NCBI GenBank assembly: GCA_040954595.2 | Contig: CM082591.2 | Coordinates: forward strand, 1,897,745-1,961,744 | Source of the DNA: Balanoglossus misakiensis | Lineage: Eukaryota; Animalia; Hemichordata | DNA: 64,000 nucleotides | Direction: 5' to 3' | Part shown: positions 14,801-28,010 of the stretch, piece after piece | How the letters are laid out: the number at the start of each line of letters is the position of its first letter | Position numbering within the stretch: the first letter of the stretch is position 1 | Translations under genes and position numbers: made by a program | The notes under the pieces: model-generated | The model's input: only the letters and a program-made list of their open reading frames with translations | Databases searched by the model: none | What the model was told of the DNA's origin: nothing

Positions 14801-17800
14801 AGTGTCCGAGCTCGCGGAATTTTCCAAACGAGTGATAGGTATACGTACGTGTGTTACGTGAGGACAGACTTATATAATGATTATGGCTTTAGACGTATCA
14901 GTCCGTCAAACTCCCGCGAGAAAGCATCATTTTAAACTGACGTCAAAATAGAATAACTTGTCAAGATCGTTTCATATTTTTTCAATATCTAGTTAAATTA
15001 CTATTCCTGTACGTCTACTGTAATTGGTATTAATCCGTATTGATAGACAGGTTGCACTTTGACATTTCGTGAAAAAAGGAACAACAGCATTTTCTGTCAA
15101 ATTTAGTCCATTTTTTCTAATAACAGACCCAATAGAATTCAATAGACTGGTGACTCTTGACGTTGGAACGTTTATATCGTATATACTTATGCCGGAACTA
15201 AAATAATGGGTCTACAGCCATAATGTTCTTCCCTGTTCGCTCGACAGAAATTCTTTGGATGCAAGCAGAATAGTTTTAGACAGAAGTTTAAAATCGTTCC
15301 CCGAGTCTGAACATTTGCTTTTGCCCGCAGTGGAAGTGGAAAGGATGTAAATTCGTTCTTGTTTGGACGTACGTAGGCCTAGACTCATTAATTTTTAAGT
15401 CCTGGTTGTACAGAGGTATGTTGTGGAGTTACACGGGCTCAAACTCCGCTTTGTTTTATTTATAGGGTTCGTCCGAGCCTACTTCAGGCTAATCGACTCA
15501 CATGAACCTTGCTTTAATTTTGCGGGGCAAATTCACTTTGCATTCTGCCCTTTTCAAAAATACTGAATAATAAAGTCATCACATCTATATCAAAATAGTC
15601 AAACTGAACGCGGACTTCTAAATTTAATTTTTCCGAAGAAAATGTCATAAAAGGCAGAAGTTGGATTTTGTCCTGTTTGTGCGAAAGGGAAGCCATGCGT
15701 GTAATTATATGCAAACTCGTGTTCCAATAAAATATACGGGCAGTTATTTGTAAGGTATGATTTCCAGCTTTATTAATAAAACAAACTTCTGCATAAATTT
15801 TACTACCAATAGCTATTACACGCTTTACCAGGCTGGTGGAATTTTCCGTCCACGCCGACAGACTAGTTATACGAATTTAGTTTCGCTTTTGATATGACAT
15901 AGCCCCAATCGATGATACCCTTATCTCTTCCAATGTTTTCAGACTTTATCAGCTAGCATGCCTGGTCAGGTCAGGTCAAAGTTCACTTAAGGTCAGTCAT
16001 CCTGCGTTCTTGTATGAGCATCCAAGTTTTCTAGTGAAAAACTTGGCCATTACGTATTCGAACACGAAGTCGTTGATCTTTACCCAAATTTGAATAAACA
16101 AAAGTATACCTACAACTTTTAAAAAGGCGAATGAGAAATGAAAAGTCCAAACATGGACAGCTATAAGTGATAATTTAGTAATCAAATCATAATTTACAGC
16201 ATCAATTTCGATGGTCATTTTAAAATAACTTTGCACAGATGACGCATACTGAGGTCATGTACGATGAAGGTTAAATACCTAATTTTATAAAATTAGTTTT
16301 ATTACTTTACGAATTAAAAACGCACATGAATGTCAAATGGATTACGGATGCAAGGCCTCGGTACACTCGTAAACAAGACAATTAATAAAAAAACTAATAT
16401 TTCTTTTTCGGGTTGCTTGAAATTGAGGCGGTTTTGTGAACATTGTAATAGTTTTATTTTTCAGTCAATGTCTCACTCCGATAATTTTTTTTTCTACAAC
16501 AAGTAGTTGACACAGTAAGCTTACATGTTGTTGATTAACTTTTCCCCATTTTATCTTGTACCGTTACCAGGGACAACAGCAACAACCAAACATCATCACA
16601 AGAATCCTAAACTATTAAAGTACCTGTGATTATGGTGACGTCAAGACCGAGTAAACAGTTTGATGCGCCACGTGTTTTCACTAAAGTCACAACCCAAGCC
16701 TCTGAACAGAGCACAAAGTTCGTGCGTAAAGTAGTAGATTGTACCGATCGTCAGAACCCAAGATTCGTGCTCTATGTAGAGTTCTGAGTGCGACTTTATG
16801 TTGCTACAGGCTACATGTATCTTCGAGCGTTGTTGTAATCACGTTTTAGTTCGGGAAAGTTAATTTTAAGTGCGTCAGTAGTTATATAACTGTACCTAGC
16901 TATGGTAAAACTTGCATAAGCTATGGTTTGCATGCACACGTGTGTTCATTACTTTTCCCGCGAAAGGTACTAACAACAATAACATTCTTTCGGTGGCATA
17001 GTAGGCTACTTCAATCAACAAAAGACAAAGGCCAATTTACGTGTCTCTGAATGAGGTCTTTGTTCAAAGCACCGCAACTTTCGCGCCAAATTCGACGTCA
17101 TTGCACCATACAGAGAACTAGAATGAACACGCTTCTCAATATATCAGTACTAATTCAAAGAACATGTAAATTATCGAATTTGGGTCGACCGTGACGCTGA
17201 TAGCAAGAATTAAATTAACCAAATTATCAAATAGATGTATTACTAATCCAATACATCACGGAAGCCGTTGGAAATTCTCGTCGTAACTAATAAACATGAA
17301 ATGCGCGCACATGGCAGCATGCCAAGCATAATTTACAGTGCAAGAGGTCGCGGGAAATTTCCATCACACGCCTGATCAGGTACAGTGTACTAATACACAT
17401 CGTTGATTAAGTGAGGCGCCCGCACGCGCGTTGAGCCGACAAAAAGTTACATTTTTGCTGAATAAAATGTCGCTAATCAACAAGTATCCATGCATCTTTT
17501 AACTCATGGATTACTTTACATTTTCTACATTAGATTTTTAGCAAAACGTCTATACTTGACGTTTATTTGAAAAGTAAAATGCCATGTGTATGTGTTGGAG
17601 GAAAACAAATAAAAAGCAAAGAAAACGAAAGAACAGACTTGAAACAAACGAAACTGAGAACAATCAGGGGGAAAATCAAATTAACCACTTAATTTGGATT
17701 AATTTATATTAACTTACATTCTAAATAAAATAAAATAAAATACAATACAATAGATAAAATGTAAAACATAATAAATACTAAAAAACTAATAAAACTATTT

Positions 17801-18389
17801 TTTTTGTATATGGTTGTAGATAAAGAAATGTACGATGGTCACTGCGATATATTGTCAAATCTTAAATTCATGTAATTTAAGCATTGGCTTGTTAATTTTT
17901 GTCGATACCAATAGTTAGATGTGCTTCAAGTTATGGTTATATTGGGTTGTTTGATGTTTTATCATTAATGTTATAAAATCAAACAGCCTGATTTGAATTC
18001 ATTCATAGAAAGTCATGGTGCTGTTGACCTGGGACCGTGCAAAAAGGGGATATTTTGTAGGGGTGGGCTGTTGATAGGTGGCTTGAAATATTTTTTTCTT
18101 CTCTTTTATGTGAAATTATCACTTGGAGGAATAGAAACGAGTCCTGAAATAGTGGGATTTGTCGTACAATATGCTTGTACATGGTTTTAGAATCCTATAC
18201 CTGCGTCGGTTTTTAGGTGGTTTAAGTCCATCTTTACCTAAACTGAAATGGAATGATCTAAGTAGGGGTGAATAAAAAATTTACATAATAAGTAGGTGTT
18301 GTGTGTCACTCTGTTGTATACTACTTAGCAGCAGCACATGCCGACTTTGAGAATTAACTAGTCATAGCCACAAACGTCTCCAAGAAAAC

Positions 18390-18606
18390 ATGGAAAACTC
18401 GGCCCAGTCGAAAGACGTTTACCTGGAAGAGAAAGTGGATGGCCATGATCCAGAAAAACATGATGAAGTCGAAACAGAAGTCCACAAGGAAGAGGAGAGA
18501 GAGCAATGGATCGGGAAGGCCGATTTCGTTTTGGCCTTGATCGGTTTCTCTGTCGGCCTGGGAAATATCTGGCGATTCCCATATCTCTGTTATAAGAACG
18601 GAGGAG
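18390..18606 (+). CDS. SLC6 paralog A coding exon 1 (N-terminus, TM1)
   Basis: MENSAQSK...[36 protein letters not shown]; donor GTGAGA at 18607. Confidence 0.95.
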
Positions 18607-21600
18607 GTGAGATATAGTTATGTTACAAACCTATCCAGCTATTAATTCACTCGAAAAAGTCTGTCAATAACTTAAGCGTTTCTGTTTATATATTTGTTGG
18701 TCATTAATAATTCGATGTCATGTGGGGGGCCTCGTCCATTGAAAGAACGCGGTCATTTTGGGAGTGAGAATTTGAATGGTATTTGGACCGGCGTTGGTGA
18801 CATTCCCCCTTTACCCGTGGAAAATTTGATGGCCCCTGTGATAACCAAATTAGGATCCGAGTTTGTTATCCTTTCCTGTCATGCATTACTGATGCCGGTC
18901 ATGAAACAGGCGTTTTTTCTTCTTCCCAATATCTTTCCATGTTTTTGTTTTGAATGGGTGTTGGCAATCGCCTAAGACTGGCGGCTTTTCTTTATTGATG
19001 TTTGCATTGTAACCTTTCCATACCAAGCCTTCAGGCATGCTTGAATTTTTCAGTGGTGCGCTTTAGACATTTGTAGACCAAAATCATTTTGGAAATGTAC
19101 AACATAATTCGAACCGGCAAATGCAACCATGTTTCGGCGAAATGTACATCCCTCGTGTAAATTCATCGATGGATTTTAAGTTTGATCACTCACATCAATG
19201 ATCTTGTATACATTTTGTCGTTTGCGCGCGATGAACAACTCAAAACAAGTTCAAAAACGCCAAAACATTATTCGCCGGTTGTTACATGTGCTCTGCAGCA
19301 GTAAACGCCGGCAATATATAGTGGAATTTTCCTCGGGATGACGTAGGCGGGGACTCCACGTGACAAAATACAGCAGATCACGTCCGCAGTCATTATAATA
19401 AATCAGAAATAGGATATACTCCGCAAGCCGTGTACGGGCGTGTCATTTTGACGACTTGCCTGCATATTTACTGACGTTTTGTTCGTTTGTGTGTTTTGTG
19501 GGGTGCCTGCGAACCGGTTCATGTTCTGATGGCAACAACCGAGTCTTAAATTGGCACAGAATTCGTAAAACATGAACTGAAAATATCCTACGAAATGAAC
19601 ATGCATCGTTGTACTTGTACCGGGTATCCGCCCACCAACACGGTTTGCTGTTTGAACAGCTCGCTAAAACATTCGTGAGAGTTTGTTTACAATCTGATAT
19701 TCATTGACGTTCGGTGGTCTTTTTAGGTCAAAGGATGACAGCACAATAACCAGGGCCAGTCCGAAGCATTTATTGTCAGATTATTGTGTTTGGCGCATAG
19801 ACGTGTTGAATGGTTTCAAAAAAGTGACAGACGCCTAGATGTATGTTTCAATGGGTTTGTCCATGTAAGACGCAGGGAGGTTATAGCATGCAATGTCATG
19901 GGCAAGTTCATTATCTTTGGGTGAGAGTGGGTTGGGTTTGGAGGTGGCCGTAACTATCATCCCAGTAGAAACACCGATCTTACAGAAGTTACCAAAAAAC
20001 TTCAGCCGAACAGACAAGGCTTGTGGCCTGACCTTCAAAACTGGGGAACTGTCATTCATCAAATTGAGGACACTTTTTTTCAAGCGTGACGATTCCCCTG
20101 CCAACCTTTCATTAAACTAAACACTGTATACACCCACCCTTGAACAACAGTTGACTAACTTTGGACAATACTTTCCAACTATCTGGGTACCTGGTATGGT
20201 AATACGATATTTGGGAAAAAAGGCCTTTTGTACAAGAGTAAAATATCTTCCCAGACAATTTAGAAGAGTAGCATAAGAATGCTAACATTAGCTAGGTTTG
20301 TGTTTTATAACAGCAGTTTCTGGTGATGGCAGTTAGCCAGAAAATGTTATGAACGTCGTTACCTCATCCAGGTTGATGTCTGTGCCCATGACAACGGCAG
20401 GATTGTACCCCCCTCCCCCCAACACACATTTATTGATGTTCCTAAACCCCAACAAAAACACTTTCATTACCCATTGGAAGATTATGCAACTCAAAAATGC
20501 TTTTAACCAGTCAGTTCAATGTGTGCCATTTCTGTTTGCTGAGTTACCCCACTCAAATACACTTGGCATTTCTACAAACAAGAGCTGAGCAACAAACAAT
20601 GGTAGACTTCGAGATGGTCATCAAAAGAGGGTTTATATCTTTGGCATTGTGGAGAGGTGAAGACAGGGCTGTTTATGTTTTTGACAAGTGATTTTACCTG
20701 AAGTTTAGTGAAGTCATGCATGACAACATATCACGAAAGGCCAAACCTAAAACACCCTGTCAACAGCTAAGGCCCCCTAAGTTATAACCGTGTGGTATGA
20801 GTCATGATACGAAGGTATTATGCATTTCTCTGCTTGGACCAGTGTCACACATGTAATGACTGTGTTAGGGATACTTCCACGTTTCACAGTTGTTGACCAT
20901 GTGCATCATGTTATTTTCTCACCGAGAGAAAGCTAACACTAGGCTAACGTAATGTTAGCCCAGTGCTGGCAGATCAGAAAAAAACACTGAGACTTGATCT
21001 GTACTGTATCTTTATAATAAAATGGCATTGCGCACACACAAACTCCAAATGCAGCTTACATGTTGCATAAAATACGATAACCATCAGCCCAGTAAAGACG
21101 TGTCCTTGAAAGTTTTTTAAAGAGCAGTTTGTCATGTACCCAAGTGTCCACATGTCATTTTATAGATGATTGTCGTAATCTGTAAAGATTACAAGAAACT
21201 GCACCTTTATGATAAGATTACAAAGGTTTATTTAAGTTTTCTGCCTGTGGTTATGAAGTGCAAATACAGAGAGATGGAAATTTCCAATGTGAACTTTGTG
21301 TCGCAAGCACCAACGTTTGATGACGTTTTTTTTACCAGATGTAGAAACGAAATTTACGTAAACGTGGCGTTCGTATTCTGGTCATATTTCTCGATCCGCA
21401 AAACCGTACAACTGATCCTTGTTTGACTGTTTGACAGTCTCGGTCACTTGCACGTACGTAAACCTCAACTATGACAAAATAAACTAGGATAACAGGACAT
21501 GTGCTGGCAAGTGTCATGAAAAGTTTAACTTACACGGAACTTGCAGGTTCAAATATTAACTGCAGTGTCGTACAGAACGATCCAGTACTTTGACTTGGTA

Positions 21601-24600
21601 GAACGTACGTGCCTGCTACCAGTGTACCACTGAGAACTAACCTCAAACGTGTGAGATACGAACGGCATGTGTGTGTCAAAGTTTACGTTTTTTCTCTCTC
21701 TCTCTTCGCGCCAAAACTTCCCAACCAGGTCATGTTTAGTAATTTAAAAAATGCAAATTTTGTTTGATGTAGGTTTCCTCCATGTCGGTGGAAGTTTAGG
21801 TACTCTGGTTCAATATTCAAACCAATTTCACATGCGTAGGCGTAGTGGACACAACCAATGTTGTTGTTGTATCTAAGTTTGTTTACTTTGAGCACATGGT
21901 CTAGTGTAGTAATATAGTAATCTTCAGTAGTCATTCAGTAACTTGAGTTAAGTTAAAAAAGAATTATCAGGCTTTGAGTAGCAACCACTTGGCTGCTGTA
22001 CACACTTGGAATGACAATCGGCTTGCAAGTACTGGACTCACAAAAGATGATATCTTACATTATCAGATATGTGATGTTTTGTCTGCGCAAAGCTGGTATG
22101 CCCACTTCTGGTATCTTGGATAGTTTGTTGTCAGATTAGATACTGTTTGTATCTTCTACTAGTGTCATCATCTACCCAAAATACCTATACAGAGATAATC
22201 AATCTGTTTAGATAACACTATCTGGGTCAAGTTGAACTTCATCCTAATATAAAACAAAAACATAAACATTTCTGTAACAAAACAATAAAATAAACCAGTG
22301 TATCTAAGGTCAGTATCTCCCTTCCTCCCCCTCCTCCAAGTTTATGTTCAACTTACCCCTCTTCAAAGATTGTTAACATGCTTGCTGATGTTTTCTGATA
22401 ATTGGGAAAAACATTTCAAAACATGTAAAACTGACATGGCAGATTGCCAAACTATGTTCCCTATCATGAAAATATTCCTGTCCTAAATCTACACTGATAA
22501 CTGACAGCATGTTACGGGGATTAAAAAAGTAGGTTGTTTTTGGAAAGCGTTTTATGAGACATGTTTGTTTGTTCCAGGCTCGACATGGACTGGTATTTTG
22601 GTAGTTTTGTGGATTTGGGTGTTTCATGCTTTCCAGTCTGAGAGGAAAAAATTACAAGCGAAATCTGTGAACAAGAATAAATCTGATCAAAGAGGGAGTC
22701 TTCATTTCCCTTGCGATGGTTTGTCAACGTTGAAGTCATACATTTCTGAATCACTGTTTTGAATGGAATACATGACTCACAGTTCGACATGGTGAAAACT
22801 TTCCTAATCAAATTGTAAGGTTTATTTGTGACCTTATGACCAGTTCAATGACTCATAAATGTCCTTTATCGCACTTTCGCTCAATTTTGCTGTTGTTTGT
22901 GTGTATCCCATGATGCAATGGTAATTTGCATATCTGTTTTGGTGACTCGCAACAGGTGGGGACAATAAATTAGATTAGTTGGTTTTGCATCGAACGACAA
23001 AACAAAGGAGATTGTGTGTAATACAATAATAAATATTATCCATAAATAATTGTTGTTTACAACCAGAATCTCATTATTCCTGGTATTTTGTTTGTAACCG
23101 AATCTGTTGACGTTAAGAAAATGAAATATATTGCGGATATAACAATGGTAACTCTGCATATAAAGTTACTGCTGAAAAATTCCAGGATTTTAAATGTGGA
23201 TATAAAATTTGTTTGTTTTGATGTGGATTACAGTGGAAGCCTTGCCGGTACAACTTGTATGTCATGTCGTTCGTTTGAGGTTACGACAGCTGTGGCTCGA
23301 TTCCAAGAGTGTTCTTGGTTTTTTAAAAACAAAACAAAGGTCTGTGGTGTAATGTTTTCAATCAGCTGTAAGCTACATGTCAATGTCACAAAACAAACAA
23401 ACAATCAACTATGACAAAATCCAGGTCAATGAGAAAAAGAGCAAGGTCTGTTTGTGTGTTTGGTGAAAACGTTTTCTTTTAATTTGTTCTCAACATTACT
23501 GGCAAATTGCCTTCACAAAATTGATTTTGGCAAGTCTGCAGGTCTGTTTATGATAATTCCACCCCCCTGTCACATGACCAGTTTTGAAAGCTGCCTTCAG
23601 ATGAACGTAACTTGTCTTTAGTGTGGTAAGATCATGTGACTGGCAGTGACCAATCACTGCTCATCTGGCTGATAATAAAGGTACCCATAGTTTTGGCAAA
23701 AACCCAAATGACCCTGAGAGTGCGTTGGAAGGGGTGAAATGGTGACCTCGTTTTTAGGCAAGTCAAGGTCACGAAAGGGAGAAAAACAAACTGATAAAAA
23801 TGATTTTGTGATCGTACAAGTGATGGAGGGGGGGGGGGGGGGGAAACTGACAAATTTTTTGTTTAGTTTAAACACAGTGACAAGTTTCCAAAAGTCAGAA
23901 ATGTACACACAGCTACAGTGATTATCAGAATATTGCATTTATTAAACATGATTGCTTAAAGTTACACAAATTGTTCAGAGAATGAAATCTGAATGCAGGT
24001 TTACTGTGTGTGTTGACAGTCATTGTCAATAGTCTGTCTATTCATTAGATCTGTGACGTCTTTCAGAGATACATGTGGTATTCTGGAAATCTTTTTCGGA
24101 GCAAATGACTGGCTGGATATTTACAAGCTGCAAAGTAGGCCAGATGTGTTTAACGTGAGAATCCACCCACGCACTCTGTGAATGCAGTATAGTATTTGGG
24201 AACACACACCTTTTCATTGTGCATTCACATTTATTCAATAGGTTTTGTTCATTCTCGCGAATCGTATGGTATTTCGACAATTCTATGTACGCCTCCTGTC
24301 ACAGTACAGTTGTAACTGTGTGTACACACAAGGCTTAGTGATGTTTTCAGAAACCCATTTTGTGTGCACAAGGCTTTTGAATTTCGTCTTTGAAAAGGCC
24401 AATTTTGAAACCCTGGGAATGTATGAAAACAAAAATTACAGGGAATCTTGCTTGAATGCAAGTGGCATGGTCGGTGCCTCAGACAGTCTGGGAGGGCGTA
24501 GTGAAAGATATGTATCATAAAGGTGCGAAAAACAATAAAAGTTGTAGGAATTGGACGTCCAAGACTGAAAATGTTGGGTGATTTCGTGAGATGTCATACA

Positions 24601-27600
24601 TGTATGTGAACTGGGAAAGGAGTTGATCTGTTCAGTTCGACTAGGTTCGAGTCCGGCAGTCCTATAGAAAAAACTTATAAACTATTTTATTTGGTCTAAG
24701 ATATCACCACTACCACACAACCCAACACAACGAAAGTTGCTGTTTTTTCATTTCGATGGGGTTAATCTTAGTGATGTTTTTCAAGCACATGATGTTTTTT
24801 GATGAACAGATGTGAAAAAAAACAAGCCTTCCATTGTTTTTACGTTTTCAGCCCAGCTGTGTGAATTCCCATACATCACTGTGAAAAGGGACGGACAGCA
24901 GTACCCCGGGTTCAATTTGCATATCTCCCGAAGTATGAGAAAAACACCAGACTTTAAAATGTCATGTAAACTGTCGTAGGGTTAAGTAAATAGTGGAAAA
25001 TGATGAACATAAGTTCAATAGAACATAACATGATGATGTCATTCAGTTTGTGATGTAAGGGAGCTACCTTTAATTCCGGGGGGGGGGGGGGGTAATCATA
25101 TGTATAGAAAATACACAAGTGATGGTTCTTGTGTCATGTGACTGCAATTTCACAAACGGTAGTTAAAATAGTATTTTTTGGATGAACACTTCATCACCCC
25201 CCCCTAGTTTACTAATAATGAAATTTCCCTAAGTTGCGTGTTACTGTAACATATGGCCCGTACAATAGGATTTAGAAGTTGCATTCAGTTGTGTTTGAAA
25301 GTAAAAGTGCGTAGCCCTGTACACAGAAAGTTGTTTTTCTCATGGTTTGTAAAGGTATTAGTTTGCGTTTATGGTGGGTTGTGTGCAGACCTTGAAAAGA
25401 AGTTTTACGCAACGGGTCATAACATCATGACACTTGTGACAAGGGTATTTGCATTACTCAATAAATATTAGAGGACAAATTTACAACTATGTTTGTTTGA
25501 AACAGAATAATACCCAGTAAATAACTTCTCATGAGAGACGAAAAGTTGACAGCCATAAAGAGCAGTGTGTATCTGAAGACTTATCGGTAACTTCTATTCT
25601 TGAATATTTTAGAGGACTTGTCGAATGTGTGACCTTAATTATCAGTACTGCTGATTGGCTGAAGGTGGTGGTTTGCTCATGTTGGAGCCAATGAAAGTGC
25701 TTGACTTATGTCAGATTTGTCAAGGCCGTGACATTTACAAGAACCGGCAACAGCTGATGAACGACAGGCAGTACCTTGAATTGACGGACATTGATAGAAA
25801 AACGACAAAAGCAACCGCCCTTGAGATGGAAATAAATTGGGGAAAAAACATCGTTAAATGGTTCATTAAAGTTTTTGGTAACAAACAATATTTCAGAAAC
25901 TTTTACCATTGATCTGCCAAGAGGAGAGTGGATTTCTGAAATTCGCTTTCAAAACTTAGACGTCCACCTGAACTGTGTTTCTTACGCCCTCCTAAGAAAA
26001 TCTCATCAGTAAACTTTAGACAAGGATCATATTTTAGTGGACTTTCTTTCTGCTCTATTTGGCTTGAACTTTTTCATGACTGATCAGGTCATTTGGCATT
26101 CTGTGCTGGTCTGTCACAGTTGTCTGGTCATCATTGTGAAATGGCTGTGTGCGAGTGCTGAAACATGCTTGTGAATCGTCCCAGAACTCGACACTGCCAT
26201 GTTCATGTTAATAATCACCTTTACGGCCCAGATCCGACCTAAAAGTTCACCTTATTTAAATTCTACCAAGGACAGGTTTTGTTGTGGAGATATTCCATAG
26301 CCCTGATGTGCCCTTTGTCAAAATAGAAAGACTCAATAGAGCTGGTTCCAATGAGTGGTCTTTTGAATTTCCGGAATTTTTAGTTTTTGTGTTTGGCTGT
26401 GGTTCGTTGGTTGGTTTGCTCTGGTCTGGTTCTCTTCACCATGACCTGGCAGAAAATCCTACTCTTTGGAAAATGGACCTCTTATTGCAATCAAGAACTG
26501 TGTTTCACGAGACATGCTGGAAAAAGTCAACACTTTTGTAATCAAGGCTGCAACAGACTCTCGTCTCATATGAACACTATTGCAGAGACTGACTTGAATA
26601 AAAGTTACAATTTACAATATGTCGTAAAAAAATCAATCTGTCTCTGGTTTGTTTTTGTATACATGGTGTGAAATGCGGACTAGTTTGCCAATAACTGGCA
26701 GAGGTCACTGCCCTCAGATGTATTGATTTATACGGCCCGCGACTGCGACTCACTGCTTACGTAACAACGTCACTTACGTAACAACATTGACGTATTCTAC
26801 AGACTGTTGGCTGGCTGATATTGGTATTTTTGGTTGCATTAATGTGCGCAGTGTACATAACTGCCATGTGTTAACCAGACAGTTGAATTAATGTGAACGT
26901 TTTGCTGGTTAGGACAAATACATTAGAGAATAAATTGATCGTTTTAAATCGGAATTTTTGAAATTGATCCGTCGTTCAGATTTACTTAGAACGCCCCTGT
27001 CACGTGTGTGGAAGTTGCTCAGGTAATCTAGTTGGCCTTCAGATCTTTGGGCTTTTCTATGGTCACAAGACTAATAGGTAAAGATCGATAAAAAAAGTGA
27101 CTGTTTGTCAATGATTTGAGATTACAGTTCTTTCTTTGAAGTGGCAAGATAAGATTAGATTAGATTAGATTTGAATATTCACATTATGTATTACTTTAAT
27201 TCTCTCCCTTGGAGAAAGTTTCCCATCAATAATACAGCGTATCCCACGGACCCCAGCTGATCTCACTAATTTGCATACAATGCTGTCTCCGACCGGTTAT
27301 TGCTCTGTAAAAGTGAAGGTTGTATCCAGGTAGATAATTTACATAAACGGTCATAAATCATGGGTTATTCATTTGCGCTGACCTGGAATAAAAGCATGAT
27401 TTAAGCTTCTTTTTCTTGCTCAGCGACCCTGTGACAGTGCTTCACGACAGAATGGATGCTTTGTTCATAAGTATTCCCAGAATCACCCCCAGGTACTTTT
27501 TTGACATGTTTACATTGAAAAATACTGGAAAAAAAATTTTGAGTTACATCTACTGTCCCTTTAATTAGACCACACAGCACTTTTGTATTCAAAGTGATGC

Positions 27601-27972
27601 AGGTGCATTTTCCTGATGAGAAATATGCTAATTAATTAATATAAATGTGGTCGTGGTTTATCTGTGTACGACTACGACATATTAATCATGGGCGCTGGGG
27701 CGTGGGGTGGGGTGGGTGCACTTTCGATGACATTGACCTTAGCAGCTTTTCATCACTGGCATTGAAATACCAGCAGAGACATCTCCTATTCTTAACAATG
27801 ACCATGAACTTGAAGATTCTTGGCAGTTTGAATTTTATGTCCCAACTCAAACACGTGGCACTTAATACGTAGCCTGACCTCAACTGGAAAAGCACTCGAA
27901 AAGGGACCCTTCATCCATCCATCTATACGCACATCAGAGAGATGTGAGAGATGAGGGAGAGATGTGAGAGAT

Positions 27973-28010
<38 letters not shown>

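Noticed and set aside
24644-24654. Pol III B-box GGTTCGAGTCC suggesting a tRNA or SINE
   Set aside because: No A-box at a suitable distance and no cloverleaf could be folded by eye.
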